This document shows positions 53,385-64,000 of a stretch of DNA of 64,000 bases, in pieces. A model generated the notes under the pieces. That model ran no database searches. It was not told the origin of the DNA and saw only the letters and a list, made by a program, of their open reading frames with translations. The stretch's first letter is position 1; every line of letters starts with the position of its first letter. The translations under genes and the position numbers were made by a program. The stretch is from an uncultured Pseudomonadota bacterium. GTDB lineage: Bacteria > Pseudomonadota > Alphaproteobacteria > JACZXZ01. Where the stretch lies: the NCBI GenBank assembly GCA_963749075.1, contig CAVVLJ010000004.1, forward strand, positions 1 to 64,000, written 5' to 3'.

Positions 53385-53702
53385 CTACGCCACGGACTCA
53401 AGGCCGCTTCTGGCGACAAGAGCCAATAACTTGAGGGAAGCGCCCTGGGGATGTTTTTGGCCGCGCTCCCATTGGCTCACAAGGCTCGTCGTCACGTTCA
53501 GATAGCGGGCAAAGACGGCCTGGCTCGCACCCTCGCGTTCGCGGAGCGCGCGAATCTCTGCCGCCGACAGGGGGCGGACCGTCGTCAGGCAGGCAGCGTC
53601 AAACTTGCGCATGGTGTGCTTGTCCACCAGACCAGCCGCATGCAGGTCTTCGGCGGTTTCATGGATGGCCGCCATGATACGGCTACGATATTGTTTGCTC
53701 AT
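53385..53702 (-). CDS. HTH antitoxin (HigA2/YiaG-like)
   Basis: AIHETAEDL, TMRKFD, EIRALRE..SQAVFARYLNV..VSQWERG. Confidence 0.88.
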   Translation of the reverse strand: MSKQYRSRIMAAIHETAEDLHAAGLVDKHTMRKFDAACLTTVRPLSAAEIRALREREGASQAVFARYLNVTTSLVSQWERGQKHPQGASLKLLALVARSGLESVA

Positions 53703-54066
53703 CGCTCACCTCGATCAGTGCCCCGCTTTCTATTGCCCTCGCAATCTCGTCGTCGCTGTAAGCGAGCATCAACGCCGCGAGGTTTTTGAATTCGGCCAAC
53801 TCATCGTCTCCGATGTTGTCGCGTTCGTTTTTTCCAAAGCCGTATACGAAAACAGCGCGTTCCTTCGCGCGAAAAAGGATGATGGTCCTAAAGCCGCCAG
53901 ACCGCCCTTCGCCGGGTCGGGCGACCCTCTGTTTGATGACACCACCTCCGAGGTCGGCATCTATCAAGCCGCGCCCGGCTTTCAGAATCGACTCACGCAG
54001 CGCTGAATCTGCAAGACGAGCCTTGCGGGCGAAGCGGTTGAAGACCTTGCTCTTAAGTATCCGCAT
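53683..54066 (-). CDS. RelE/HigB2-like toxin (DUF1044 type)
   Basis: FNRFARK, DADLGGGVIKQRVAR.G.GRSGGFR, YGFGKNERDNI. Confidence 0.9.
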   Translation of the reverse strand: MRILKSKVFNRFARKARLADSALRESILKAGRGLIDADLGGGVIKQRVARPGEGRSGGFRTIILFRAKERAVFVYGFGKNERDNIGDDELAEFKNLAALMLAYSDDEIARAIESGALIEVSDEQTIS

Positions 54067-54101
54067 TCGCCCTCGGACAACACCCGAGTCCCGATGCTAT
54101 A

Positions 54102-54130
54102 AATCTAGCACTTAGTGCTATATTTGTCAA
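54102..54130 (-). promoter_or_regulatory. sigma70-like promoter with operator for TA module 2
   Basis: Minus strand TTGACA-17-TAGATT; palindrome TAGCACT-T-AGTGCTA at 54106-54120. Confidence 0.75.
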
Positions 54131-54274
54131 AATGACCGCTAGCGGCGGCGCCGACTGCGCATGGCCGCCCCCCCGGCTCTTCGACCCGGGAGTGTCGCGG
54201 CCATGACGCTCCACGATGAAAATATGGCGAGTCAAATACAATAGCCGTACTGTGTCGGGCCACCGCGGCTCCTC

Positions 54275-54937
54275 TCACCCCGCGACGCGCCACACCACCG
54301 TCTCGCGGCTGTCGCGGTCCTCGAGCTCGCGCGTCGTCTTGACCGTGTAGCGCGCGAGCTCGACGAGGCCGCCCTTCGGCCGATAGGCGCGGCCGGGATC
54401 GCCGAGGAGCACGAGCGTGCCTTGGCGCGCGGCCTCGGCAAGCCAGCCGGCCACGCGCTCGGCCATCGGCCGCTCGTAGCAGACGTCGCCCGCGAGGATG
54501 ACGTCGAAGCCATGCGCCGGCGCCGCCGTGAGGTCCGCGGCGCAAGTGGCGATGGCGACGCCGTTCGCGGCTGCGTTGAGGGCGATGGCGGCGAGGGCCA
54601 AGGCATCGAGCTCGGAGGCGGTCACGGCAGCGGCACCGGCCAGCGCCGCCGCGATGCCCGCGATGCCCGAGCCCGCTGCGAAATCGAGCACGCGCTTGCC
54701 GCGCACGAGCTCCGGCCGGTCGAGCAGGTGGCGCGCCAGCGCCTGGCCGCCCACCCAGGCGAAGGCCCAATAGGGCGGGTCGACGCCCGTCGCCTCGAGC
54801 GAGGCCTCGGTCGCCTGCCACAAGGGGGTGATCTCGCCCGCGAGATGGAGCCTGAGCTCAGGCAGGAGAGGCGTGGGGCCGAGGGCGGTGTGCGCGCGCA
54901 CGAACTCGCGCGCCTCCTCCCGCGCGAGCGGCCTCAC
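54275..54937 (-). CDS. class I SAM-dependent methyltransferase (METTL20/ETF-beta lysine MTase-like)
   Basis: PPYWAFAWVGGQALAR, VLDFAAGSG, LAGDVCYE, GDPGRAY; GTG overlaps the ubiA stop. Confidence 0.88.
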   Translation of the reverse strand: MRPLAREEAREFVRAHTALGPTPLLPELRLHLAGEITPLWQATEASLEATGVDPPYWAFAWVGGQALARHLLDRPELVRGKRVLDFAAGSGIAGIAAALAGAAAVTASELDALALAAIALNAAANGVAIATCAADLTAAPAHGFDVILAGDVCYERPMAERVAGWLAEAARQGTLVLLGDPGRAYRPKGGLVELARYTVKTTRELEDRDSRETVVWRVAG

Positions 54938-55884
54938 CAGCCGGCCGAGGTGCGGCCGGCGGCGATCGCCGCCAGCACCAGCCAGCCGAACAGGCGGTTC
55001 GACTTGAACTTCGCCAGGCAATCGTCGGGATCGTCGAGGTCGAGGGCCGCCACCTGCCAGAGGAGCTGCACGCCGCCTGCCGCGAGGCCGGCGTAGTAGG
55101 GCCAGTCCACGCCGAGCGCCGCCCCGCTCGCCGCGAAGAGCGCCAGCGCCGTGCCGTAGAAGCCGTAGAGCCAGGGCGTCGAATGGGCGCCGAGCTTGAG
55201 CGCCGTCGACTTGAGGCCGACGAGGGCGTCGTCCTCCTTGTCCTGATGGGCGTAGATGGTGTCGTAGCCGAGCGTCCAGGCGATGCCGCCGGCGTACAAG
55301 AGAAGGGGTGCGGTGCCGAGCGAGCCCTCGATGGCCGCCCAGCCGAGCATGGCGCCCCAATTGAAGGCGAGCCCGAGCACGATCTGCGGCCAATAGGTGA
55401 TGCGCTTCATCAAGGGATAGGCGAAGACGACGACGAGGGAGGCGGCACCCAGTAGAATCGCGAAACGGTTGAAGCTCACGAGCACGAGCAGGCCGGCGAG
55501 GAGCTCGAATGCCAAGAAGACGAAGGCCTGCCACAGCTTGACCTGGCCGCTCGGCAGGGGCCGCGTGCGCGTGCGCTGGACGCGCCCGTCGTACTCGCGG
55601 TCCGTGATGTCGTTCCAGGTGCAGCCGGCCCCGCGCATGATGAGGGCGCCGATGCCGAAGAGCGCGAAATAGCCGATGTCGCGCCAGCCGTGCGCCGCGA
55701 GCGCCAGGCTCCACCAGCAGGGAAAGAGGAGAAGCCAGGTGCCGATCGGGCGGTCGAGCCGCATGAGCCGGGCATAGGGCCGCGCATAGGCGGGGAGGAG
55801 GCGGTCGATCCAGTTGCCGGCCTCGATGTCGGTGCCGTCGCCCGCCAAGGCTTTTGGCGTCAGAGTTTTTGCGGAGTGCGTCAT
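54934..55884 (-). CDS. ubiA: 4-hydroxybenzoate polyprenyltransferase
   Basis: RLDRPIGTWLL, NDITDREYD, RTRTRPL, YDTIYAHQDKEDD. Confidence 0.97.
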   Translation of the reverse strand: MTHSAKTLTPKALAGDGTDIEAGNWIDRLLPAYARPYARLMRLDRPIGTWLLLFPCWWSLALAAHGWRDIGYFALFGIGALIMRGAGCTWNDITDREYDGRVQRTRTRPLPSGQVKLWQAFVFLAFELLAGLLVLVSFNRFAILLGAASLVVVFAYPLMKRITYWPQIVLGLAFNWGAMLGWAAIEGSLGTAPLLLYAGGIAWTLGYDTIYAHQDKEDDALVGLKSTALKLGAHSTPWLYGFYGTALALFAASGAALGVDWPYYAGLAAGGVQLLWQVAALDLDDPDDCLAKFKSNRLFGWLVLAAIAAGRTSAGW

Positions 55885-55941
55885 GGGCTAATCTTGCGCG
55901 CACTCGCGCGGCACCTCAAGCGCCAGGGTGACAGAGGGACT

Positions 55942-56731
55942 ATGCCGGTGAAGCACGGAAAGATCAGGCTCTTCGTCGAGGCAGCGCTCGCCGCCGGCGC
56001 CGCGGTCGAGCTCTCGCCCGCGCAGGCGCACTATCTGAGGAGCGTCATGCGCCTCTCGGCGGGTGCCGCACTCCTCCTCTTCAACGGCCGGGAGGGCGAA
56101 TGGCGCGCGCGGCTCGAGACCCTCGCCAAGGGCCGCGCCTCAGCACGGGTCGAGGCCGCGACGCGGCCCCAGGAACCCGAGCCCGACGTTCTGGCTCGTC
56201 TTCGCACCCCTGAAGCGCACCCCCATCGATTTCGTGGCCCAGAAGGCGACGGAGCTCGGCGCGGCGGCGCTCTGGCCCGTCTTCACGCGCCTGACCGCAG
56301 TGACGCGCGTCAATGCCGAGCGGCTTAAGGCCAACGCCATCGAGGCGGCCGAGCAGTGCGGCCGGCTCTCGGTGCCGCAGGTGCTGGCGCCGGCAACGCT
56401 CGAGTCCGTGCTCGCGGGTTGGCCGGCCGGGCGGCGCATTCTCCTCTGCGACGAGGGCGGCGGCGGCGTCCCGATCGCGGCGGCGCTCGGCAATGCCGCG
56501 GCCGAGCCGGCGGCTTGGGCGGTGCTCGTCGGGCCCGAGGGCGGCTTTGCCGACGACGAGCTTGACCGCTTGCGAAAACTTCCCATTGTTACCGCCGTCG
56601 GCTTGGGGCCGCGCCTGCTCCGCGCCGACACCGCGGCATTGGCGGCCCTCGCCTGCTGGCAAGCGATTGCCGGCGACTGGTGCCGGGCTCCCCGGCGAAC
56701 GCCGAAGGGCGCTCATCCAGCAACGATATAG
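55942..56731 (+). CDS. rsmE: 16S rRNA m3U1498 methyltransferase (one indel near 56190)
   Basis: [36 protein letters not shown]. Confidence 0.93.
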
Positions 56732-56745
56732 CACGAAGGTCGCCC

Positions 56746-58113
56746 ATGTCCGGACCGCCCAAGACGACTGGCGAGCCCATCGAGAGCAAGGCCCAGCTCG
56801 TGCAATATCTCGCCGAGGGCAGCAAGCCGGCCGCGGACTGGCGCATCGGCACCGAGCACGAGAAGTTCACCTTCCGCCGCGAGGGCTTGGCGCCGCTCAG
56901 CTACGACGAGCCGGGCGGCGTCAGGGACCTGCTCATGGCGCTCAAGGAGCGCTTCGGCTGGGACGCGGTCTTCGAGGGCGACAACGTGATCGCCCTCGCC
57001 AAGGGGCAATGCGCGATCAGCCTCGAGCCGGGCGGCCAGCTCGAGCTCTCGGGCGCCCCGGTTGCGACGCTGCACGAGACCTGCGCCGAGGTGCATCGGC
57101 ACCTCTACGAGGCGAAGGCGGTGGGCGAGGCGCTCGGCTTCGGGCTCATCGGGCTCGGCTTCCATCCGACCGCCCGGCGCGAGCAGATACCGTGGATGCC
57201 CAAGGGGCGCTACCGCATCATGCGCGACTACATGCCGAAGAAGGGCAAGCTCGGCCTCGACATGATGCTGAGGACCTGTACCGTGCAGGTCAATCTCGAC
57301 TTCGCCTCCGAGGCCGACATGGTGGAGAAGTTCCGCGTGAGCTTGGCACTCCAGCCGCTCGCGGCGGCACTCTTCGCCAACTCGCCCTTCACCGAGGGCC
57401 GGCCCAACGGCTTCCTCTCCTACCGCAGCCAGGTGTGGACCGATACCGATCCCGACCGCTCCGGCATGCTGCCCTTCGTCTTCGAGCCGGGCATGGGCTT
57501 CGAGCGCTATACCGACTATCTCCTCGACATGCCCATGTATTTCGTCTACCGCGGCGGCCGCTACATCGACGCGAGCGGGCAGTCGTTCCGCGACTTCATG
57601 GCAGGCAGGCTGCCGGCCCTGCCGGGCGAGCGGCCGCGCATCGGCGACTGGTCCGACCATCTCACCACGGCCTTTCCCGAGGTGCGCCTCAAGCGCTATC
57701 TCGAGATGCGCGGCGCCGACGGCGGTCCGTGGCGCTATCTCTGCGCGCTGCCGGCGCTTTGGGTCGGCCTCCTTTACGACGGTAAGGCGCAGGACGCCGC
57801 CTGGCAGCTGGTCAAGGACTGGACCATCGCCGATCACGCCTACCTGCGCGACGCCGTGCCGAAGACGGCGCTCAAGACGCCGTTCAAGGGCCGCGCGCTC
57901 GGCGCCTTCGCCTCAGACGTGCTGGAGATCGCGACGGCCGGCCTCAAGCGCAGGGCGCGCGCGGCCGACCTCGCGGCCGACGAGAGCGCCTTTCTCGACG
58001 TGCTGTGGGAGATCGCGAAGAGCGGCCGCACGCCGGCCGAGGAGCTGCTCGAGGCCTATCGCACGCGCTGGGGCGGCAGGGTCGAGCCGATCTTCGACGA
58101 GTTCGCCTATTGA
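56746..58113 (+). CDS. gshA: glutamate--cysteine ligase (GCS2, alphaproteobacterial type)
   Basis: [43 protein letters not shown]. Confidence 0.96.
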   Translation: MSGPPKTTGEPIESKAQLVQYLAEGSKPAADWRIGTEHEKFTFRREGLAPLSYDEPGGVRDLLMALKERFGWDAVFEGDNVIALAKGQCAISLEPGGQLELSGAPVATLHETCAEVHRHLYEAKAVGEALGFGLIGLGFHPTARREQIPWMPKGRYRIMRDYMPKKGKLGLDMMLRTCTVQVNLDFASEADMVEKFRVSLALQPLAAALFANSPFTEGRPNGFLSYRSQVWTDTDPDRSGMLPFVFEPGMGFERYTDYLLDMPMYFVYRGGRYIDASGQSFRDFMAGRLPALPGERPRIGDWSDHLTTAFPEVRLKRYLEMRGADGGPWRYLCALPALWVGLLYDGKAQDAAWQLVKDWTIADHAYLRDAVPKTALKTPFKGRALGAFASDVLEIATAGLKRRARAADLAADESAFLDVLWEIAKSGRTPAEELLEAYRTRWGGRVEPIFDEFAY

Positions 58114-58149
58114 GCAACGGCAACCAGCGACAACCGCATGGAGGGCGTC

Positions 58150-58716
58150 ATGGCTGAGAGAAGACCCGTCAGAGTGCTCGGCATCTGCGGCAGCCTGCGC
58201 AAGGGCTCGTACAACAGGATGGCGCTCAATGCAGCAGGCGGGCTGCTGCCGCCGGACATGACGCTCGAGACCTTCGATATAGCACCATTCCCGCTTTACA
58301 ATGAGGACGTGCGCGCCGCCGGTTTCCCCAAGCCGGTCGAGGAATTCCGCGCCAAGATCCTGGCGGCGGACGCGCTCCTCTTCGTAACCCCCGAGTACAA
58401 CTACTCGATGCCCGGCGTGCTCAAGAATGCCATCGATTGGGCCTCGCGTCCGCCGGATCAGCCCTTCAACGGCAAGCCGGTCGCCATGATGGGTGCCAGC
58501 CCCGGCCCCGTGGGCACCGCGCGCGCGCAGTACCACCTGCGGCAGAGCTGCGTCTTCCTCAACATGCTGCCGGTCAACAAGCCCGAGGTCCTGATCGGGC
58601 AATACCAGAACAAGTTCGACGCGGCCGGCAAGCTCACCGACGAGACCACGCGCGGCTTCATCAGGGACCTCCTCGTCTCCCTCGACGCCTGGACGCGCAG
58701 GCTGAGGGGGGAGTAG
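58150..58716 (+). CDS. NAD(P)H-dependent FMN reductase (ChrR/YieF-like)
   Basis: GSLRKGSYN, TPEYNYS, LKNAIDWASR, GTARAQYHLRQ. Confidence 0.93.
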   Translation: MAERRPVRVLGICGSLRKGSYNRMALNAAGGLLPPDMTLETFDIAPFPLYNEDVRAAGFPKPVEEFRAKILAADALLFVTPEYNYSMPGVLKNAIDWASRPPDQPFNGKPVAMMGASPGPVGTARAQYHLRQSCVFLNMLPVNKPEVLIGQYQNKFDAAGKLTDETTRGFIRDLLVSLDAWTRRLRGE

Positions 58717-58726
58717 GGGCAGGCGG

Positions 58727-59107
58727 ATGCGCATCGCCCGGCTCGCCGCAGCATTCGCCCTGATCGCCGGCCTCGTCGGCTGCGGCTTCTTCACGAGCGA
58801 CCTCTCGCCGGACGAGCTGGCGCGCCTGGCAACGCGCGACAAGCAGGAGATCTATTTCAAGGGTCAAGCGGCGCCCGCGAAGAAGTTCGCCGCCACGGTC
58901 GGACCCGTGCAAGGCAAGATATGCCAGACGGCCCTTCTCAGCTCGGTCGCCGAGTATCAGGCGCTGCAGGCCATGTGGGCGAATGCGCAGGCCAAGAAGG
59001 CCACGGCCGTCGTCGACGCCGAATGCGGCTCGGCGCCGTTCTTGACGCCGGCGGCGGGCTCCTATTGCTGGCCCGGCTATGCTTGCACGGGGACGGGAGT
59101 CAAGTAG
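58727..59107 (+). CDS. lipoprotein with RcsF-like four-cysteine domain
   Basis: Lipobox LVG-C; GPVQGKIC...ANAQAKKATAVVDAEC...CW..YACTG. Confidence 0.7.
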   Translation: MRIARLAAAFALIAGLVGCGFFTSDLSPDELARLATRDKQEIYFKGQAAPAKKFAATVGPVQGKICQTALLSSVAEYQALQAMWANAQAKKATAVVDAECGSAPFLTPAAGSYCWPGYACTGTGVK

Positions 59108-59186
59108 ACGACGGACGACGGACGACAGAGAGAAAACACAGCAGCCGCCCATATCTTCCGTCGTCTGCCGTCCGTCGTCCGTCCTC
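59107..59186. repeat. heptamer tandem repeats in inverted arrangement
   Basis: (GACGACG)-type units facing (CCGTCGT)-type units between convergent genes. Confidence 0.7.
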
Positions 59187-59189
59187 AGA

Positions 59190-59660
59190 TCACGGCTTCA
59201 CCGCCTCGTCGGTCAGCTGGTCGAGGAGCTGCACCATGTTCTGCAACGCCACCGGCTGGCTGGTGATGTTGTAGTTCTGCGCGATCTGGTCCGGGTCCTT
59301 GTAGCTCAGCGTCACGTGGCCGTTGGTGTCCTGGTAGGCGAGGATCCTGAGCGGCACCTCGAGCCCGACCTCGCGCTCGCTCTTGAGCATCCCGGCGTCG
59401 AACGGCGGCTTGGAGGCGATGAGAAGCTGGGCGGGTGCGATGGTCTCCTCGCCGGCCTTCGCGATGGCGCGCAGGTCGAGGCGCGCCACGATGGTGAAGC
59501 CGTTCTTCTTGAGGAGGTCCTCGAGCCGGTCGAGGGTCTGGACCACGTCATAGGGGCTGCGCTTGGTGACGAGACCGGGCGGCAACGCGACGCCCTGCCG
59601 CGGCGCCAGGCTCAGCACCGCGACCGCGAGAAGCGCCAGGAGGGCCATGCGCGCGCGCAT
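59190..59660 (-). CDS. DUF302 family periplasmic protein
   Basis: Signal peptide; SPYDVVQTLDRL, GFTIVARLD, GLEVPLRILAYQD. Confidence 0.85.
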   Translation of the reverse strand: MRARMALLALLAVAVLSLAPRQGVALPPGLVTKRSPYDVVQTLDRLEDLLKKNGFTIVARLDLRAIAKAGEETIAPAQLLIASKPPFDAGMLKSEREVGLEVPLRILAYQDTNGHVTLSYKDPDQIAQNYNITSQPVALQNMVQLLDQLTDEAVKP

Positions 59661-59704
59661 CGCCCCCAGTTGTACGGGGCGGCGGCGCTCGGCGCAATGG
59701 CGGC

Positions 59705-61138
59705 TTAGGCCGCGGTCCCCCCGACCGTGAGGCGCTCGACGAGGAGGGTGGGCTGGCCGACCCCCACGGGCACGCCCTGGCCGTCCTTGCCGCAGGTGCC
59801 GATGCCGGGATCGAGGCGGAGGTCGTTGCCGATCATGGCGACGCGGGTGAGCACGTCCGGGCCGTTGCCGATGAGGGTGGCGCCCTTGACCGCGGGGCCG
59901 AGCTTGCCGTCCTCGATGAGATAGGCCTCAGAGGCCGAGAACACGAACTTGCCCGACGTGATGTCGACCTGGCCGCCGCCGAAGTTGACGGCATAGAGAC
60001 CGCGCTTGACCGAACGGATGATCTCGGCCGGCTCGTGGCCGCCGGCGAGCATGTAGGTGTTGGTCATGCGCGGCATGGGGTGGTGGGCGAAGCTCTGGCG
60101 CCGGCCGTTCCCGGTCGGCTTCATGCCCATGAGGCGGGCATTCTGGCGGTCCTGCATGAAGCCCGTGAGGATGCCGTCCTCGATCAGCACGTTGCGCTGC
60201 GAGGGCGTGCCCTCGTCGTCGACGGTGAGCGAGCCGCGGCGCTCGGGGATGGTGCCGTCGTCGACCACGGTGACGCCACGGGTCGCGATGCGCTGGCCCA
60301 TGAGGCCGGAGAAGGCCGAGGTCTTCTTGCGGTTGAAATCGCCCTCGAGGCCATGGCCGATCGCCTCATGGAGGAGGATGCCGGGCCAGCCCGGCCCGAG
60401 CACCACCGGCATCTCGCCCGCAGGTGCGGGAACCGAGCCGAGGTTGACGAGGGCCTGGCGCAGCGCCTCCTCGACCTGGGCCTGCCAGTTGCCCGGCTCG
60501 AGCAGCGTCTCGAAGCTCACGCGGCCGCCGCGCCCGTCGGAGCCCGTCTCCATGCGGGCGCCCTCCGCCACCACGATCGAGACGTTGAGGCGCACCAGCG
60601 GGCGCACGTCGAGCGAGCGCTCGCCGCCCGCCCGCATGATGGCAACCGCCTGCCAGCTCCCGGCGAGCGAGGCCATGACCTGGCGCACGCGCGGGTCGCG
60701 CGCGCGCGCGTAAGCGTCGATCTCGGCCAAGAGCTTGACCTTGCGCTCGAAGGCGGTGCCGGAGAGGGGATTCTCGTCGCCGTAGAGGTGGCGGTTGGTG
60801 CCGCGGGGTGCCTCCGCCAGAACGCCGCTCCTCCCGGCGTGCACGGCCTTGACCGTGGCCGCCGCGCGCTTGATCGCCGCCTCGGAGAGCTCGGAGGCGT
60901 GCGCGAAGCCGATCGCCTCGCCGGCGACGGCGCGCAGGCCGAAGCCTTGCGTCGTGTCGAAGGAGGCGCTCTTGAGCCGCCCGTCGTCGTAGGCGAGCGC
61001 CTCGGACTGGGCATGCTCGAGGAAGAGCTCGCCGTCGTCGGCGCCGTGAAGCGCCTCGTTCACGATGCGCTCGACGCGTCCGCGGTCGAGCCCGGCGCGG
61101 TCGAAGAAGAGCTCCTCGGCGATGGCGGTGTCGGTCAT
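59705..61138 (-). CDS. tldD: metalloprotease TldD
   Basis: GILLHEAIGHGLEGDFNRK, DDEGTP, MPRMTNT, GGGQVD, GTCGKDGQ. Confidence 0.96.
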   Translation of the reverse strand: MTDTAIAEELFFDRAGLDRGRVERIVNEALHGADDGELFLEHAQSEALAYDDGRLKSASFDTTQGFGLRAVAGEAIGFAHASELSEAAIKRAAATVKAVHAGRSGVLAEAPRGTNRHLYGDENPLSGTAFERKVKLLAEIDAYARARDPRVRQVMASLAGSWQAVAIMRAGGERSLDVRPLVRLNVSIVVAEGARMETGSDGRGGRVSFETLLEPGNWQAQVEEALRQALVNLGSVPAPAGEMPVVLGPGWPGILLHEAIGHGLEGDFNRKKTSAFSGLMGQRIATRGVTVVDDGTIPERRGSLTVDDEGTPSQRNVLIEDGILTGFMQDRQNARLMGMKPTGNGRRQSFAHHPMPRMTNTYMLAGGHEPAEIIRSVKRGLYAVNFGGGQVDITSGKFVFSASEAYLIEDGKLGPAVKGATLIGNGPDVLTRVAMIGNDLRLDPGIGTCGKDGQGVPVGVGQPTLLVERLTVGGTAA

Positions 61139-61598
61139 GGGGGACCTCTTTCTCGCTCGGTGAAGGCAGCGGCCAGCCAAGCTTATATGGGGCCGCCCGC
61201 GCGGCAAATCATCCGCCGCTCCCGGCACCGCCGACACCCGAGGGACATCCAAGGGACGTCCAAGGGACACCCCGGCGCAGGCCCGGGGAAAGCCCCTTGA
61301 GGCGGCGCGGAATTCGTGCGACATATCGTCGCATAAATCGCCGCAAGGGTGCGAAAACGCTTGGTTTACCGCAGCGTTACGAGGGCCGGCGCGCATCCGG
61401 GGCGCGGCGGTGCCGCGGTGCGGCGCGCGATGGCATTCGGTTGTTCGCAGCGTGCGGCCTATTGTATTGTCGCGACCGCCTGGCAGGGGGTGCGTGGCCG
61501 CGGTGCCGCGCGCGGGTCGTGCCGCGGATGACGGCAGCGCGACGGCGGCCGGTCCAAGCGCGGATAAGTTCCGGAATGACGAGCGGGGTCGAGAAGAG

Positions 61599-64000
<2,402 letters not shown>

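Noticed and set aside
59107-59186. Short repeats here and at 932-1122 as CRISPR arrays
   Set aside because: No constant repeat-spacer period and no cas genes.

Overview
The window is a mosaic of at least four unrelated high-GC bacterial segments, joined mid-gene and most likely a chimeric long-read or metagenome contig. (A) 1-~12.8 kb is from a diderm; the Binatota/deltaproteobacterial style is my inference. It carries a type II secretion operon gspEFGHIJKLMN without gspC/D, an enoyl-CoA hydratase and a truncated TetR. (B) ~12.8-23.3 kb is actinobacterial-like and full of indels: beta-propeller, COG4280, GT4, SDR, sulfatase, hydrolases. (C) 23.34-23.89 kb is an internal IscS/NifS fragment. 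(D) 23.89-64 kb is alphaproteobacterial: msrB, purD, xseA, lipid A genes lpxL-lpxK-waaA-msbA, plcP-agt with a Pho box, pmbA, ubiD, ubiA, rsmE, gshA, tldD, coxB and partial ctaD. Segment D has three accessory inserts. The first is a translationally coupled three-gene cassette with an orphan Tae4-type amidase and an unknown secreted partner, next to a truncated HEPN gene. The second is a Vsr/NotI-like/C5-MTase islet bracketed by a 335-bp ~96%-identical duplication of the ubiD 3' end. The third is two convergent toxin-antitoxin modules with palindromic operators. An RcsF-like lipoprotein and several REP-like palindrome families are also present. I saw no rRNA, tRNA, CRISPR array, integrase or transposase. 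All family assignments come from motif recognition by eye, not from database searches.
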